Of a DNA stretch of 64,000 nucleotides, positions 44,901 through 57,729 are shown one piece after another. This DNA comes from the human T2T-CHM13v2.0 reference genome, Homo sapiens. The translations under genes were made by a program, and so were the position numbers. Numbering within the stretch: the first letter of the stretch is position 1; each line of letters opens with the position of its first letter. The stretch lies in the NCBI RefSeq assembly GCF_009914755.1, contig NC_060948.1. One strand, 5' to 3'. The notes under the pieces were generated by a model, which was not told where the DNA came from, ran no database searches, and saw only the letters and a list, made by a program, of their open reading frames with translations.

Positions 44901-47900
44901 ATGGAATCCAAAGGAATGGAATAGAATGGAATGGAATCGAATGGAAAGGACTCGAATGGAAATCACTCGAATAGAATGCAATTTAATAAAATAGGATCAA
45001 ATGTAATGGAATGGAAAGGAAAGGAATCGAAACGAAAGGAATGGAGACAGATGGAATGGAATGGAACAGAGAGCAATGGTATAGAATGGAATGGAATCAT
45101 CTGGAATGGAATTGAATGGAATGGAATAATATGAAATGGAATGGAATGGAATGGAATGGAATGCCCTTGAATTAAATGGACTGGAATGGAATGGACTCGA
45201 ACAGAGTGGAATGGAAAGTGTTGAGATAGAATGGAATGGACTCCTTTGGAATGGTCTAGTATGCAATGCAATCGACTGGCAGGGAATCAAAAGGAATGTA
45301 ATCGAATGGAATGGACTGGAATGCAATGGACTCGAATAGATTGGAAACGGAATGCAAAGGAATGGAATGGAATAGTATGGAATGGAATGGAAAGGAATGG
45401 AGTGGAATAGACTAGAGTGGAATGGAATGGACTGGAAAGCAATGGACTGGAATGGAACTTTCTTGAATGGACTGGAATCAAACGGAATGGAATGCAATGC
45501 AATCAAATGGCATGGAATAAAATAGAATGAAAGAGAATCAAATGGAATTGAATCGAATGGAATCGAATGGATTGGAAAGGAATAGAATGGAATGGAATGG
45601 AATTGACTCAAATGGAATGGACTAGAATGGAATGGATTCGAATGGAAGGCAAAGGAATGGAATCTATTGGAATGGACTGGAATGGAAGGGATTGGAATGG
45701 ACTCGAATGGAATGGACTGCAATAGAAAGGATTCGAATGGAATGAAAAAGAATTGAATGGAATAGAACAGAATGGAATCAAATCGAATGAAATGGAATGG
45801 AATAGAAAGGAATGGAATGAAATGGAATGGAAAGGATTCGAATGGAATGCAATCGAATGGAATGGAATCGAACGGAATGGAATAAAATGGAAGAAAACTG
45901 GCAAGAAATGGAATCGAAATGAATGGAGTGTTATGGAACGGACTCAAAAGGAATTGAATGTAATAGAATGGAGTGGAGTGGACTCGAATATAATGGACTG
46001 GAATGGAATGAAATCACATGGAATGGGAACGAATGGAATGGAATGGAAAGGAATGGAATCGAATGGAAAGGAATCGAATGGAAGGGAATGAAATTGAATC
46101 AACAGGAAAGGAAGGGAATAGAATAGACGGTAATGGAATGGACTCGAATAGAATGGACACGAATGCTCAAATTGAATGGACTCGAATGGAATGGAAACGA
46201 AAGGAATGTCATCGAATGGAATTGAATCGATTGGAATGAAATCGCATAGAATGGAGTGGAATCAAATGGAATTGAATCGAAAGGAAAGGAAGCGAATGGA
46301 CTGAAATGAAATGGAATGGAATTGAATGGAAAGTAATGCAATGGAATAGAATGGAACGAAATTTCACGGAATGGAATCAAACTGAATGGAATCAATTCAA
46401 TGGAATATAATCAAATGGAATGGAAAGGAATTGAATGGAGTAGATTGGATTGGATGGGATTGGAAAGAAATGTACTGGAAAGGACTCGAATTTCATGAAA
46501 CGGAATGGAATGAATTGGAACGGAATGGACTCGAATGGAATGGAATGTCATGGAATGGCATCAAATGGAATGGCATCAAATGGAATGGAATCGAATGCAA
46601 TGGAATGCTATGGAATGGAATGGAATGCATTGGAATGGAATGTCCTCTAATGGAATGGATTCGAGTGGAATGGAATCGAATATAATAGAGTCGAATGAAA
46701 TAGAATTGAAAGGAATGGGATCGAATACAATGGAATATACTGGAATGTAACGTAATGAACTCGAATGTAATTGACTGGAATGGAATGTACATGAATGGAA
46801 TGTAATCGAATGGAAAGTAATCCAATGGAATAGAATCTAATGCAATAAAATCGACTCAGATAGAGTAGAATGTAATGGAATGGAGTGCAGTGCAATGGAA
46901 TGGAATGGAATGGAATGCAATGGAATGGAATGGAATGGAATGGAATGGAATGGGATGGAATGGTATGGAATGGATAGTAATGGACTGGAGTGAAATGGAC
47001 TGGAAAGGAATGGACTCAAATTGAAAGGGCTCGAAAGGAATGGAGTCAAATGGAATGGTCTGGAATGGAATGAACACGAATGTAATGCAATCCAATAGAA
47101 TGGAATCGAATGGCATGGAATATAAAGAAATGGAATCGAAGAGAATGGAAACAAATGGAATGGAATTGAATGGAATGGAATTGAATGGAATGGGAACGAA
47201 TGGAGTGAAATTGTATGCAGTAGAAGAGAATAGAATGGAATGCAAGCGAAAGGAAAGGAATGGATTGGAATGGAATGGAATTCATTGGAATGGAAGGGAA
47301 TGTAGTGTAATGGACAGGCCTGGAATAAAGTGGAATGCTACGGTCTCGAATGGAATAAAAATGTATGGAATGGAATGCAATGAAACGGAATCGAATGTCA
47401 TAGAATGTAATGGAATGCAAAAAAATGGAATCCAAAATCATTGACTGGAAAGGCTGGGTGTCGAAAGGAATTGACTCCAATGGAATGGAATCGAATGGAA
47501 TGGAAGTGAATAGAATCGAACTAAATCGAATGGAATGGAATTGATAGGAACGGATTGGAAAGGAATGCAATGATTTGGCATGGAATGGAATCGAATGGCA
47601 TCGAATGGAATGGAATGGAATGCAATGGAATGGAATGTATTAGAATGTAATGAACTTTAATGGAATGTACTCGAATGGATTCGACTGGAATGGAATGTTC
47701 TGGAAGTGAATGGACTCCAATGGAATGGATTCAAAAGGAATGGAATCGTACGGAATGGAATCTAATGGAATGGAATTAAATGGAAATGAATCAAATTGAA
47801 TAGCACGGAATTGAATTGAATGGAATCGAATGCAATGGAATCTAATGAAACGGAAAGGAAAGGAATGGAATGGAATGGAATGGGCTGGAATGGAAAGGAA

Positions 47901-50900
47901 TCGAAACGAATGGAATGGAATCGAACTGAAGAGACTGGAATGGAATGCACTGGAATGGAAGGGAGTGTAATGGAAGGTTCTCGACAAAAATGAAATCGAA
48001 TGGAATGGAATTGAATGGAACGGAATAGAGTCGAATGGAATTGAATGGAATGGAATGGACTAGAGTGAAATGGAATCGAACCACAAGGAATGGACAGGAA
48101 TAGAATGGTCTCGAATTGAATGGAATCGTATGGAATGGCATCAAACGGAATGGAATGGACAGCCACGGAATGGAATGCACTCGAATGCAATGGAGTCGAA
48201 ACTAATGGACTGGAATAGAATGGACTCGACTGGTACGGACTCCAATGGAATGGAATCGAATGGAAGGGAATCGAACGGAATGGACTCGAAGGGAAAAGAC
48301 TGCAATGGAAAGGTCTCGAATGGAATGGAAATTAATGGAATGGAATGGAATCGAATGAAATGGAGTCAAAAGGAATGGAATCGAATGGCAAGAAATCGAA
48401 TGTAATGGAATCGCAAGGAATTGATGTGAACGGAACGGAATGGAATGGAATCCAAAGGAATGGAATAGAATGGAATGGAATCGAATGGAAAGGACTCGAA
48501 TGGAAATCACTCGAATAGAATGCAATTTAATAAAATAGGATCAAATGTAATGGAATGGAAAGGAAAGGAATCGAAACGAAAGGAATGGAGACAGATGGAA
48601 TGGAATGGAACAGAGAGCGATGGTATAGAATGGAATGGAATCATCTGGAATGGAATTGAATGGAATGGAATAATATGAAATGGAATGGAATGGAATGGAA
48701 TGGAATGCCCTTGAATTAAATGGACTGGAATGGAATGGACTCGAACAGAGTGGAATGGAAAGTGTTGAGATAGAATGGAATGGACTCCTTTGGAATGGTC
48801 TAGTATGCAATGCAATCGACTGGCAGGGAATCAAAAGGAATGTAATCGAATGGAATGGACTGGAATGCAATGGACTCGAATAGATTGGAAACGGAATGCA
48901 AAGGAATGGAATGGAATAGTATGGAATGGAATGGAAAGGAATGGAGTGGAATAGACTAGAGTGGAATGGAATGGACTGGAAAGCAATGGACTGGAATGGA
49001 ACTTTCTTGAATGGACTGGAATCAAACGGAATGGAATGCAATGCAATCAAATGGCATGGAATAAAATAGAATGAAAGAGAATCAAATGGAATTGAATCGA
49101 ATGGAATCGAATGGATTGGAAAGGAATAGAATGGAATGGAATGGAATTGACTCAAATGGAATGGACTAGAATGGAATGGATTCGAATGGAAGGCAAAGGA
49201 ATGGAATCTATTGGAATGGACTGTAATGGAATGGAATGGAAGGGATTGGAATGGACTCGAATGGAATGGACTGCAATAGAAAGGATTCGAATGGAATGAA
49301 AAAGAATTGAATGGAATAGAACAGAATGGAATCAAATCGAATGAAATGGAATGGAATAGAAAGGAATGGAATGAAATGGAATGGAAAGGATTCGAATGGA
49401 ATGCAATCGAATGGAATGGAATCGAACGGAATGGAATAAAATGGAAGAAAACTGGCAAGAAATGGAATCGAAATGAATGGAGTGTTATGGAACGGACTCA
49501 AAAGGAATTGAATGTAATAGAATGGAGTGGAGTGGACTCGAATATAATGGACTGGAATGGAATGAAATCACATGGAATGGGAACGAATGGAATGGAATGG
49601 AAAGGAATGGAATCGAATGGAAAGGAATCGAATGGAAGGGAATGAAATTGAATCAACAGGAAAGGAAGGGAATAGAATAGACGGTAATGGAATGGACTCG
49701 AATAGAATGGACACGAATGCTCAAATTGAATGGACTCGAATGGAATGGAAACGAAAGGAATGTCATCGAATGGAATTGAATCGATTGGAATGAAATCGCA
49801 TAGAATGGAGTGGAATCAAATGGAATTGAATCGAAAGGAAAGGAAGCGAATGGACTGAAATGAAATGGAATGGAATTGAATGGAAAGTAATGCAATGGAA
49901 TAGAATGGAACGAAATTTCACGGAATGGAATCAAACTGAATGGAATCAATTCAATGGAATATAATCAAATGGAATGGAAAGGAATTGAATGGAGTAGATT
50001 GGATTGGATGGGATTGGAAAGAAATGTACTGGAAAGGACTCGAATTTCATGAAACGGAATGGAATGAATTGGAACGGAATGGACTCGAATGGAATGGAAT
50101 GTCATGGAATGGCATCAAATGGAATGGCATCAAATGGAATGGAATCGAATGCAATGGAATGCTATGGAATGGAATGGAATGCATTGGAATGGAATGTCCT
50201 CTAATGGAATGGATTCGAGTGGAATGGAATCGAATATAATAGAGTCGAATGAAATAGAATTGAAAGGAATGGGATCGAATACAATGGAATATACTGGAAT
50301 GTAACGTAATGAACTCGAATGTAATTGACTGGAATGGAATGTACATGAATGGAATGTAATCGAATGGAAAGTAATCCAATGGAATAGAATCTAATGCAAT
50401 AAAATCGACTCAGATAGAGTAGAATGTAATGGAATGGAGTGCAGTGCAATGGAATGGAATGGAATGGAATGCAATGGAATGGAATGGAATGGAATGGAAT
50501 GGAATGGGATGGAATGGTATGGAATGGATAGTAATGGACTGGAGTGAAATGGACTGGAAAGGAATGGACTCAAATTGAAAGGGCTCGAAAGGAATGGAGT
50601 CAAATGGAATGGTCTGGAATGGAATGAACACGAATGTAATGCAATCCAATAGAATGGAATCGAATGGCATGGAATATAAAGAAATGGAATCGAAGAGAAT
50701 GGAAACAAATGGAATGGAATTGAATGGAATGGAATTGAATGGAATGGGAACGAATGGAGTGAAATTGTATGCAGTAGAAGAGAATAGAATGGAATGCAAG
50801 CGAAAGGAAAGGAATGGATTGGAATGGAATGGAATTCATTGGAATGGAAGGGAATGTAGTGTAATGGACAGGCCTGGAATAAAGTGGAATGCTACGGTCT

Positions 50901-53900
50901 CGAATGGAATAAAAATGTATGGAATGGAATGCAATGAAACGGAATCGAATGTCATAGAATGTAATGGAATGCAAAAAAATGGAATCCAAAATCATTGACT
51001 GGAAAGGCTGGGTGTCGAAAGGAATTGACTCCAATGGAATGGAATCGAATGGAATGGAAGTGAATAGAATCGAACTAAATCGAATGGAATGGAATTGATA
51101 GGAACGGATTGGAAAGGAATGCAATGATTTGGCATGGAATGGAATCGAATGGCATCGAATGGAATGGAATGGAATGCAATGGAATGGAATGTATTAGAAT
51201 GTAATGAACTTTAATGGAATGTACTCGAATGGATTCGACTGGAATGGAATGTTCTGGAAGTGAATGGACTCCAATGGAATGGATTCAAAAGGAATGGAAT
51301 CGTACGGAATGGAATCTAATGGAATGGAATTAAATGGAAATGAATCAAATTGAATAGCACGGAATTGAATTGAATGGAATCGAATGCAATGGAATCTAAT
51401 GAAACGGAAAGGAAAGGAATGGAATGGAATGGAATGGGCTGGAATGGAAAGGAATCGAAACGAATGGAATGGAATCGAACTGAAGAGACTGGAATGGAAT
51501 GCACTGGAATGGAAGGGAGTGTAATGGAAGGTTCTCGACAAAAATGAAATCGAATGGAATGGAATTGAATGGAACGGAATAGAGTCGAATGGAATTGAAT
51601 GGAATGGAATGGACTAGAGTGAAATGGAATCGAACCACAAGGAATGGACAGGAATAGAATGGTCTCGAATTGAATGGAATCGTATGGAATGGCATCAAAC
51701 GGAATGGAATGGACAGCCACGGAATGGAATGCACTCGAATGCAATGGAGTCGAAACTAATGGACTGGAATAGAATGGACTCGACTGGTACGGACTCCAAT
51801 GGAATGGAATCGAATGGAAGGGAATCGAACGGAATGGACTCGAAGGGAAAAGACTGCAATGGAAAGGTCTCGAATGGAATGGAAATTAATGGAATGGAAT
51901 GGAATCGAATGAAATGGAGTCAAAAGGAATGGAATCGAATGGCAAGAAATCGAATGTAATGGAATCGCAAGGAATTGATGTGAACGGAACGGAATGGAAT
52001 GGAATCCAAAGGAATGGAATAGAATGGAATGGAATCGAATGGAAAGGACTCGAATGGAAATCACTCGAATAGAATGCAATTTAATAAAATAGGATCAAAT
52101 GTAATGGAATGGAAAGGAAAGGAATCGAAACGAAAGGAATGGAGACAGATGGAATGGAATGGAACAGAGAGCGATGGTATAGAATGGAATGGAATCATCT
52201 GGAATGGAATTGAATGGAATGGAATAATATGAAATGGAATGGAATGGAATGGAATGGAATGCCCTTGAATTAAATGGACTGGAATGGAATGGACTCGAAC
52301 AGAGTGGAATGGAAAGTGTTGAGATAGAATGGAATGGACTCCTTTGGAATGGTCTAGTATGCAATGCAATCGACTGGCAGGGAATCAAAAGGAATGTAAT
52401 CGAATGGAATGGACTGGAATGCAATGGACTCGAATAGATTGGAAACGGAATGCAAAGGAATGGAATGGAATAGTATGGAATGGAATGGAAAGGAATGGAG
52501 TGGAATAGACTAGAGTGGAATGGAATGGACTGGAAAGCAATGGACTGGAATGGAACTTTCTTGAATGGACTGGAATCAAACGGAATGGAATGCAATGCAA
52601 TCAAATGGCATGGAATAAAATAGAATGAAAGAGAATCAAATGGAATTGAATCGAATGGAATCGAATGGATTGGAAAGGAATAGAATGGAATGGAATGGAA
52701 TTGACTCAAATGGAATGGACTAGAATGGAATGGATTCGAATGGAAGGCAAAGGAATGGAATCTATTGGAATGGACTGTAATGGAATGGAATGGAAGGGAT
52801 TGGAATGGACTCGAATGGAATGGACTGCAATAGAAAGGATTCGAATGGAATGAAAAAGAATTGAATGGAATAGAACAGAATGGAATCAAATCGAATGAAA
52901 TGGAATGGAATAGAAAGGAATGGAATGAAATGGAATGGAAAGGATTCGAATGGAATGCAATCGAATGGAATGGAATCGAACGGAATGGAATAAAATGGAA
53001 GAAAACTGGCAAGAAATGGAATCGAAATGAATGGAGTGTTATGGAACGGACTCAAAAGGAATTGAATGTAATAGAATGGAGTGGAGTGGACTCGAATATA
53101 ATGGACTGGAATGGAATGAAATCACATGGAATGGGAACGAATGGAATGGAATGGAAAGGAATGGAATCGAATGGAAAGGAATCGAATGGAAGGGAATGAA
53201 ATTGAATCAACAGGAAAGGAAGGGAATAGAATAGACGGTAATGGAATGGACTCGAATAGAATGGACACGAATGCTCAAATTGAATGGACTCGAATGGAAT
53301 GGAAACGAAAGGAATGTCATCGAATGGAATTGAATCGATTGGAATGAAATCGCATAGAATGGAGTGGAATCAAATGGAATTGAATCGAAAGGAAAGGAAG
53401 CGAATGGACTGAAATGAAATGGAATGGAATTGAATGGAAAGTAATGCAATGGAATAGAATGGAACGAAATTTCACGGAATGGAATCAAACTGAATGGAAT
53501 CAATTCAATGGAATATAATCAAATGGAATGGAAAGGAATTGAATGGAGTAGATTGGATTGGATGGGATTGGAAAGAAATGTACTGGAAAGGACTCGAATT
53601 TCATGAAACGGAATGGAATGAATTGGAACGGAATGGACTCGAATGGAATGGAATGTCATGGAATGGCATCAAATGGAATGGCATCAAATGGAATGGAATC
53701 GAATGCAATGGAATGCTATGGAATGGAATGGAATGCATTGGAATGGAATGTCCTCTAATGGAATGGATTCGAGTGGAATGGAATCGAATATAATAGAGTC
53801 GAATGAAATAGAATTGAAAGGAATGGGATCGAATACAATGGAATATACTGTAATGTAACGTAATGAACTCGAATGTAATTGACTGGAATGGAATGTACAT

Positions 53901-56748
53901 GAATGGAATGTAATCGAATGGAAAGTAATCCAATGGAATAGAATCTAATGCAATAAAATCGACTCAAATGGAGTAGAATGTAATGGAATGGAGTGCAGTG
54001 CAATGGAATGGAATGGAATGGAATGCAATGGAATGGAATGGAATGGGATGGAATGGTATGGAATGGATAGTAATGGACTGGAGTGAAATGGACTGGAAAG
54101 GAATGGACTCAAATTGAAAGGGCTCGAAAGGAATGGAGTCAAATGGAATGGTCTGGAATGGAATGAACACGAATGTAATGCAATCCAATAGAATGGAATC
54201 GAATGGCATGGAATATAAAGAAATGGAATCGAAGAGAATGGAAACAAATGGAATGGAATTGAATGGAATGGAATTGAATGGAATGGGAATGAATGGAGTG
54301 AAATTGTATGCAGTAGAAGAGAATAGAATGGAATGCAAGCGAAAGGAAAGGAATGGATTGGAATGGAATGGAATTCATTGGAATGGAAGGGAATGTAGTG
54401 TAATGGACAGGCCTGGAATAAAGTGGAATGCTACGGTCTCGAATGGAATAAAAATGTATGGAATGGAATGCAATGAAACGGAATCGAATGTCATAGAATG
54501 TAATGGAATGCAAAAAAATGGAATCCAAAATCATTGACTGGAAAGGCTGGGTGTCGAAAGGAATTGACTCCAATGGAATGGAATCGAATGGAATGGAAGT
54601 GAATAGAATCGAACTAAATCGAATGGAATGGAATTGATAGGAACGGATTGGAAAGGAATGCAATGATTTGGCATGGAATGGAATCGAATGGCATCGAATG
54701 GAATGGAATGGAATGCAATGGAATGGAATGTATTAGAATGTAATGAACTTTAATGGAATGTACTCGAATGGATTCGACTGGAATGGAATGTTCTGGAAGT
54801 GAATGGACTCCAATGGAATGGATTCAAAAGGAATGGAATGGTACGGAATGGAATCTAATGGAATGGAATTAAATGGAAATGAATCAAATTGAATAGCACG
54901 GAATTGAATTGAATGGAATCGAATGCAATGGAATCTAATGAAACGGAAAGGAATGGAGTGGAATGGAATGGAATGGAATGGGCTGGAATGGAAAGGAATC
55001 GAAAGGAATGGAATGGAATCGAACTGAAGAGACTGGAATGGAATGCACTGGAATGGAAGGGAGTGTAATGGAAGGTTCTCGAAAAAAATGGAATCGAATG
55101 GAATGGAATTGAATGGAACGGAATAGAGTCGAATGGAATTGAATGGAATGGAATGGACTAGAGTGAAATGGAATCGAACCACAAGGAATGGACAGGAATA
55201 GAATGGTCTCGAATTGAATGGAATCGTATGGAATGGCATCAAACGGAATGGAATGGACAGCCACGGAATGGAATGCACTCGAATGCAATGGAGTCGAAAC
55301 TAATGGACTGGAATAGAATGGACTCGACTGGTACGGACTCCAATGGAATGGAATCGAATGGAAGGGAATCGAACGGAATGGACTCGAAGGGAAAAGACTG
55401 CAATGGAAAGGTCTCGAATGGAATGGAAATTAATGGAATGGAATGGAATCGAATGAAATGGAGTCAAAAGGAATGGAATCGAATGGCAAGAAATCGAATG
55501 TAATGGAATCGCAAGGAATTGATGTGAACGGAACGGAATGGAATGGAATCCAAAGGAATGGAATAGAATGGAATGGAATCGAATGGAAAGGACTCGAATG
55601 GAAATCACTCGAATAGAATGCAATTTAATAAAATAGGATCAAATGGAATGGAATGGAATGGAAAGGAATCGAAACGAAAGGAATGGAGACAGATGGAATG
55701 GAATGGAACAGAGAGCAATGGTATAGAATGGAATGGAATCATCTGGAATGGAATTGAATGGAATGGAATAATATGAAATGGAATGGAATGGAACGGAATG
55801 CCCTTGAATTAAATGGACTGGAATGGAATGGACTCGAACAGAGTGGAATGGAAAGTGTTGAGATAGAATGGAATGGACTCGTTTGGAATGGTCTAGTAGG
55901 CAATGCAATCGACTGGCAGGGAATCAAAAGGAATGTAATGGAATGGATTGGACTGGAATGCAATGGACTCGAATAGATTGGAAACGGAATGCAAAGGAAT
56001 GGAATGGAATAGTATGGAATGGAATGGAAAGGAATGGAGTGGAATAGACTAGAGTGGAATGGAATGGACTGGAAAGCAATGGACTGGAATGGAACTTTCT
56101 TGAATGGACTGGAATCAAACGGAATGGAATGCAATGCAATCAAATGGCATGGAATAAAATAGAATGAAAGAGAATCAAATGGAATTGAATCGAATGGAAT
56201 CGAATGGATTGGAAAGGAATAGAATGGAATGGAATGGAATTGACTCAAATGGAATGGACTAGAATGGAATGGATTCGAATGGAAGGCAAAGGAATGGAAT
56301 CTATTGGAATGGACTGTAATGGAATGGAATGGAAGGGATTGGAATGGACTCGAATGGAATGGACTGCAATAGAAAGGATTCGAATGGAATGAAAAAGAAT
56401 TGAATGGAATAGAACAGAATGGAATCAAATCGAATGAAATGGAATGGAATAGAAAGGAATGGAATGAAATGGAATGGAAAGGATTCGAATGGAATGCAAT
56501 CGAATGGAATGGAATCGAACGGAATGGAATAAAATGGAAGAAAACTGGCAAGAAATGGAATCGAAATGAATGGAGTGTTATGGAACGGACTCAAAAGGAA
56601 TTGAATGTAATAGAATGGAGTGGAGTGGACTCGAATATAATGGACTGGAATGGAATGAAATCACATGGATTGGGAACGAATGGAATGGAATGGAAAGGAA
56701 TGGAATCGAATGGAAAGGAATCGAATGGAAGGGAATGAAATTGAATGG

Positions 56749-57437
56749 ACTATATATTTTGTTATATATACTTTTATAACATAATTTACATAAAATAACA
56801 TAATGTAATATATATTATATTATTTCATATTACATAATATATATTACATATCACCCAATATAAGTAACATACATAATATTATAATATAGATTATATTATG
56901 TTATATTAAATATCATATATATCATGTATCATATATTCTATAATATATATTATATATTATATAATATGTATGTTGTCTATTATGTGATATATATAACTAT
57001 ATATATAATTATATTATTATACATATTATACATATAACTAGATAAACATGTAATTCTACATATTTTCGTTTATAATATATAGAATTATATAATCATATAT
57101 AATTATTTATATTCTATAAAAAATTATATCATTGTATAAATTATAATATATAAAAATTATAATATGTACTACAAATATATACATTATATATCATATATGA
57201 TATAGTACCTTTGTTATATATCATAATACATATAAATGTGTTTTATGTTATCTATAATTATCTAATTTCTTATATAAGGTGTATAATATGTATCATATAT
57301 TATATATGTTATGTAATATATATAGTATATATAAGATGACACAGGATAAATATTATATACTATGACATATAAAATATATGAGGTTATATGTTACATATAA
57401 GGCATAGCACATAACATGTAATATATATCATATATAA
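56749..57437. repeat. AT-rich degenerate (TA)n block of DYZ2, truncated at the DYZ1 junction
   Basis: Almost entirely A/T; aligns to 59178-59853. Confidence 0.9.

Positions 57438-57729
<292 letters not shown>

Larger units (their letters stand above)
1..56748 (+). repeat. DYZ1: DYZ1 / human satellite 3 (HSat3, Yq12) tandem array, ~16 units of 3529-3569 bp built from degenerate GGAAT pentamers; GGAAT strand is +
   Basis: Continuous degenerate (GGAAT)n. Unique landmarks (ggctgggtgtcg, ggacagccacgg, gcccttgaattaa) recur once per ~3.55 kb, with spacings 3534, 3529, 3568, 3569, 3548, 3544, 3529, 3548, 3539, 3544, 3554, 3554, 3529, 3554, 3554. There is one HaeIII site (caggcctgg, e.g. 1223) and one conserved EcoRI site (e.g. 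1184) per unit, consistent with the classical male-specific ~3.4-3.6 kb DYZ1 fragment. The array abuts a DYZ2 array, as in Yq12. Confidence 0.97.

Noticed and set aside
1-56748. Internal inversion or foreign insertion within the DYZ1 array
   Set aside because: GGAAT polarity and landmark order are unbroken throughout; I saw no ATTCC block or non-satellite insert.
297-56779. Hundreds of MEWNG-rich (+) and FHSIP-rich (-) ORFs of up to 316 aa
   Set aside because: They are direct translations of (GGAAT)n/(ATTCC)n, which lack stop codons. They overlap in all frames, shift frame with 5-bp indels between units, and show no domain or gene structure.
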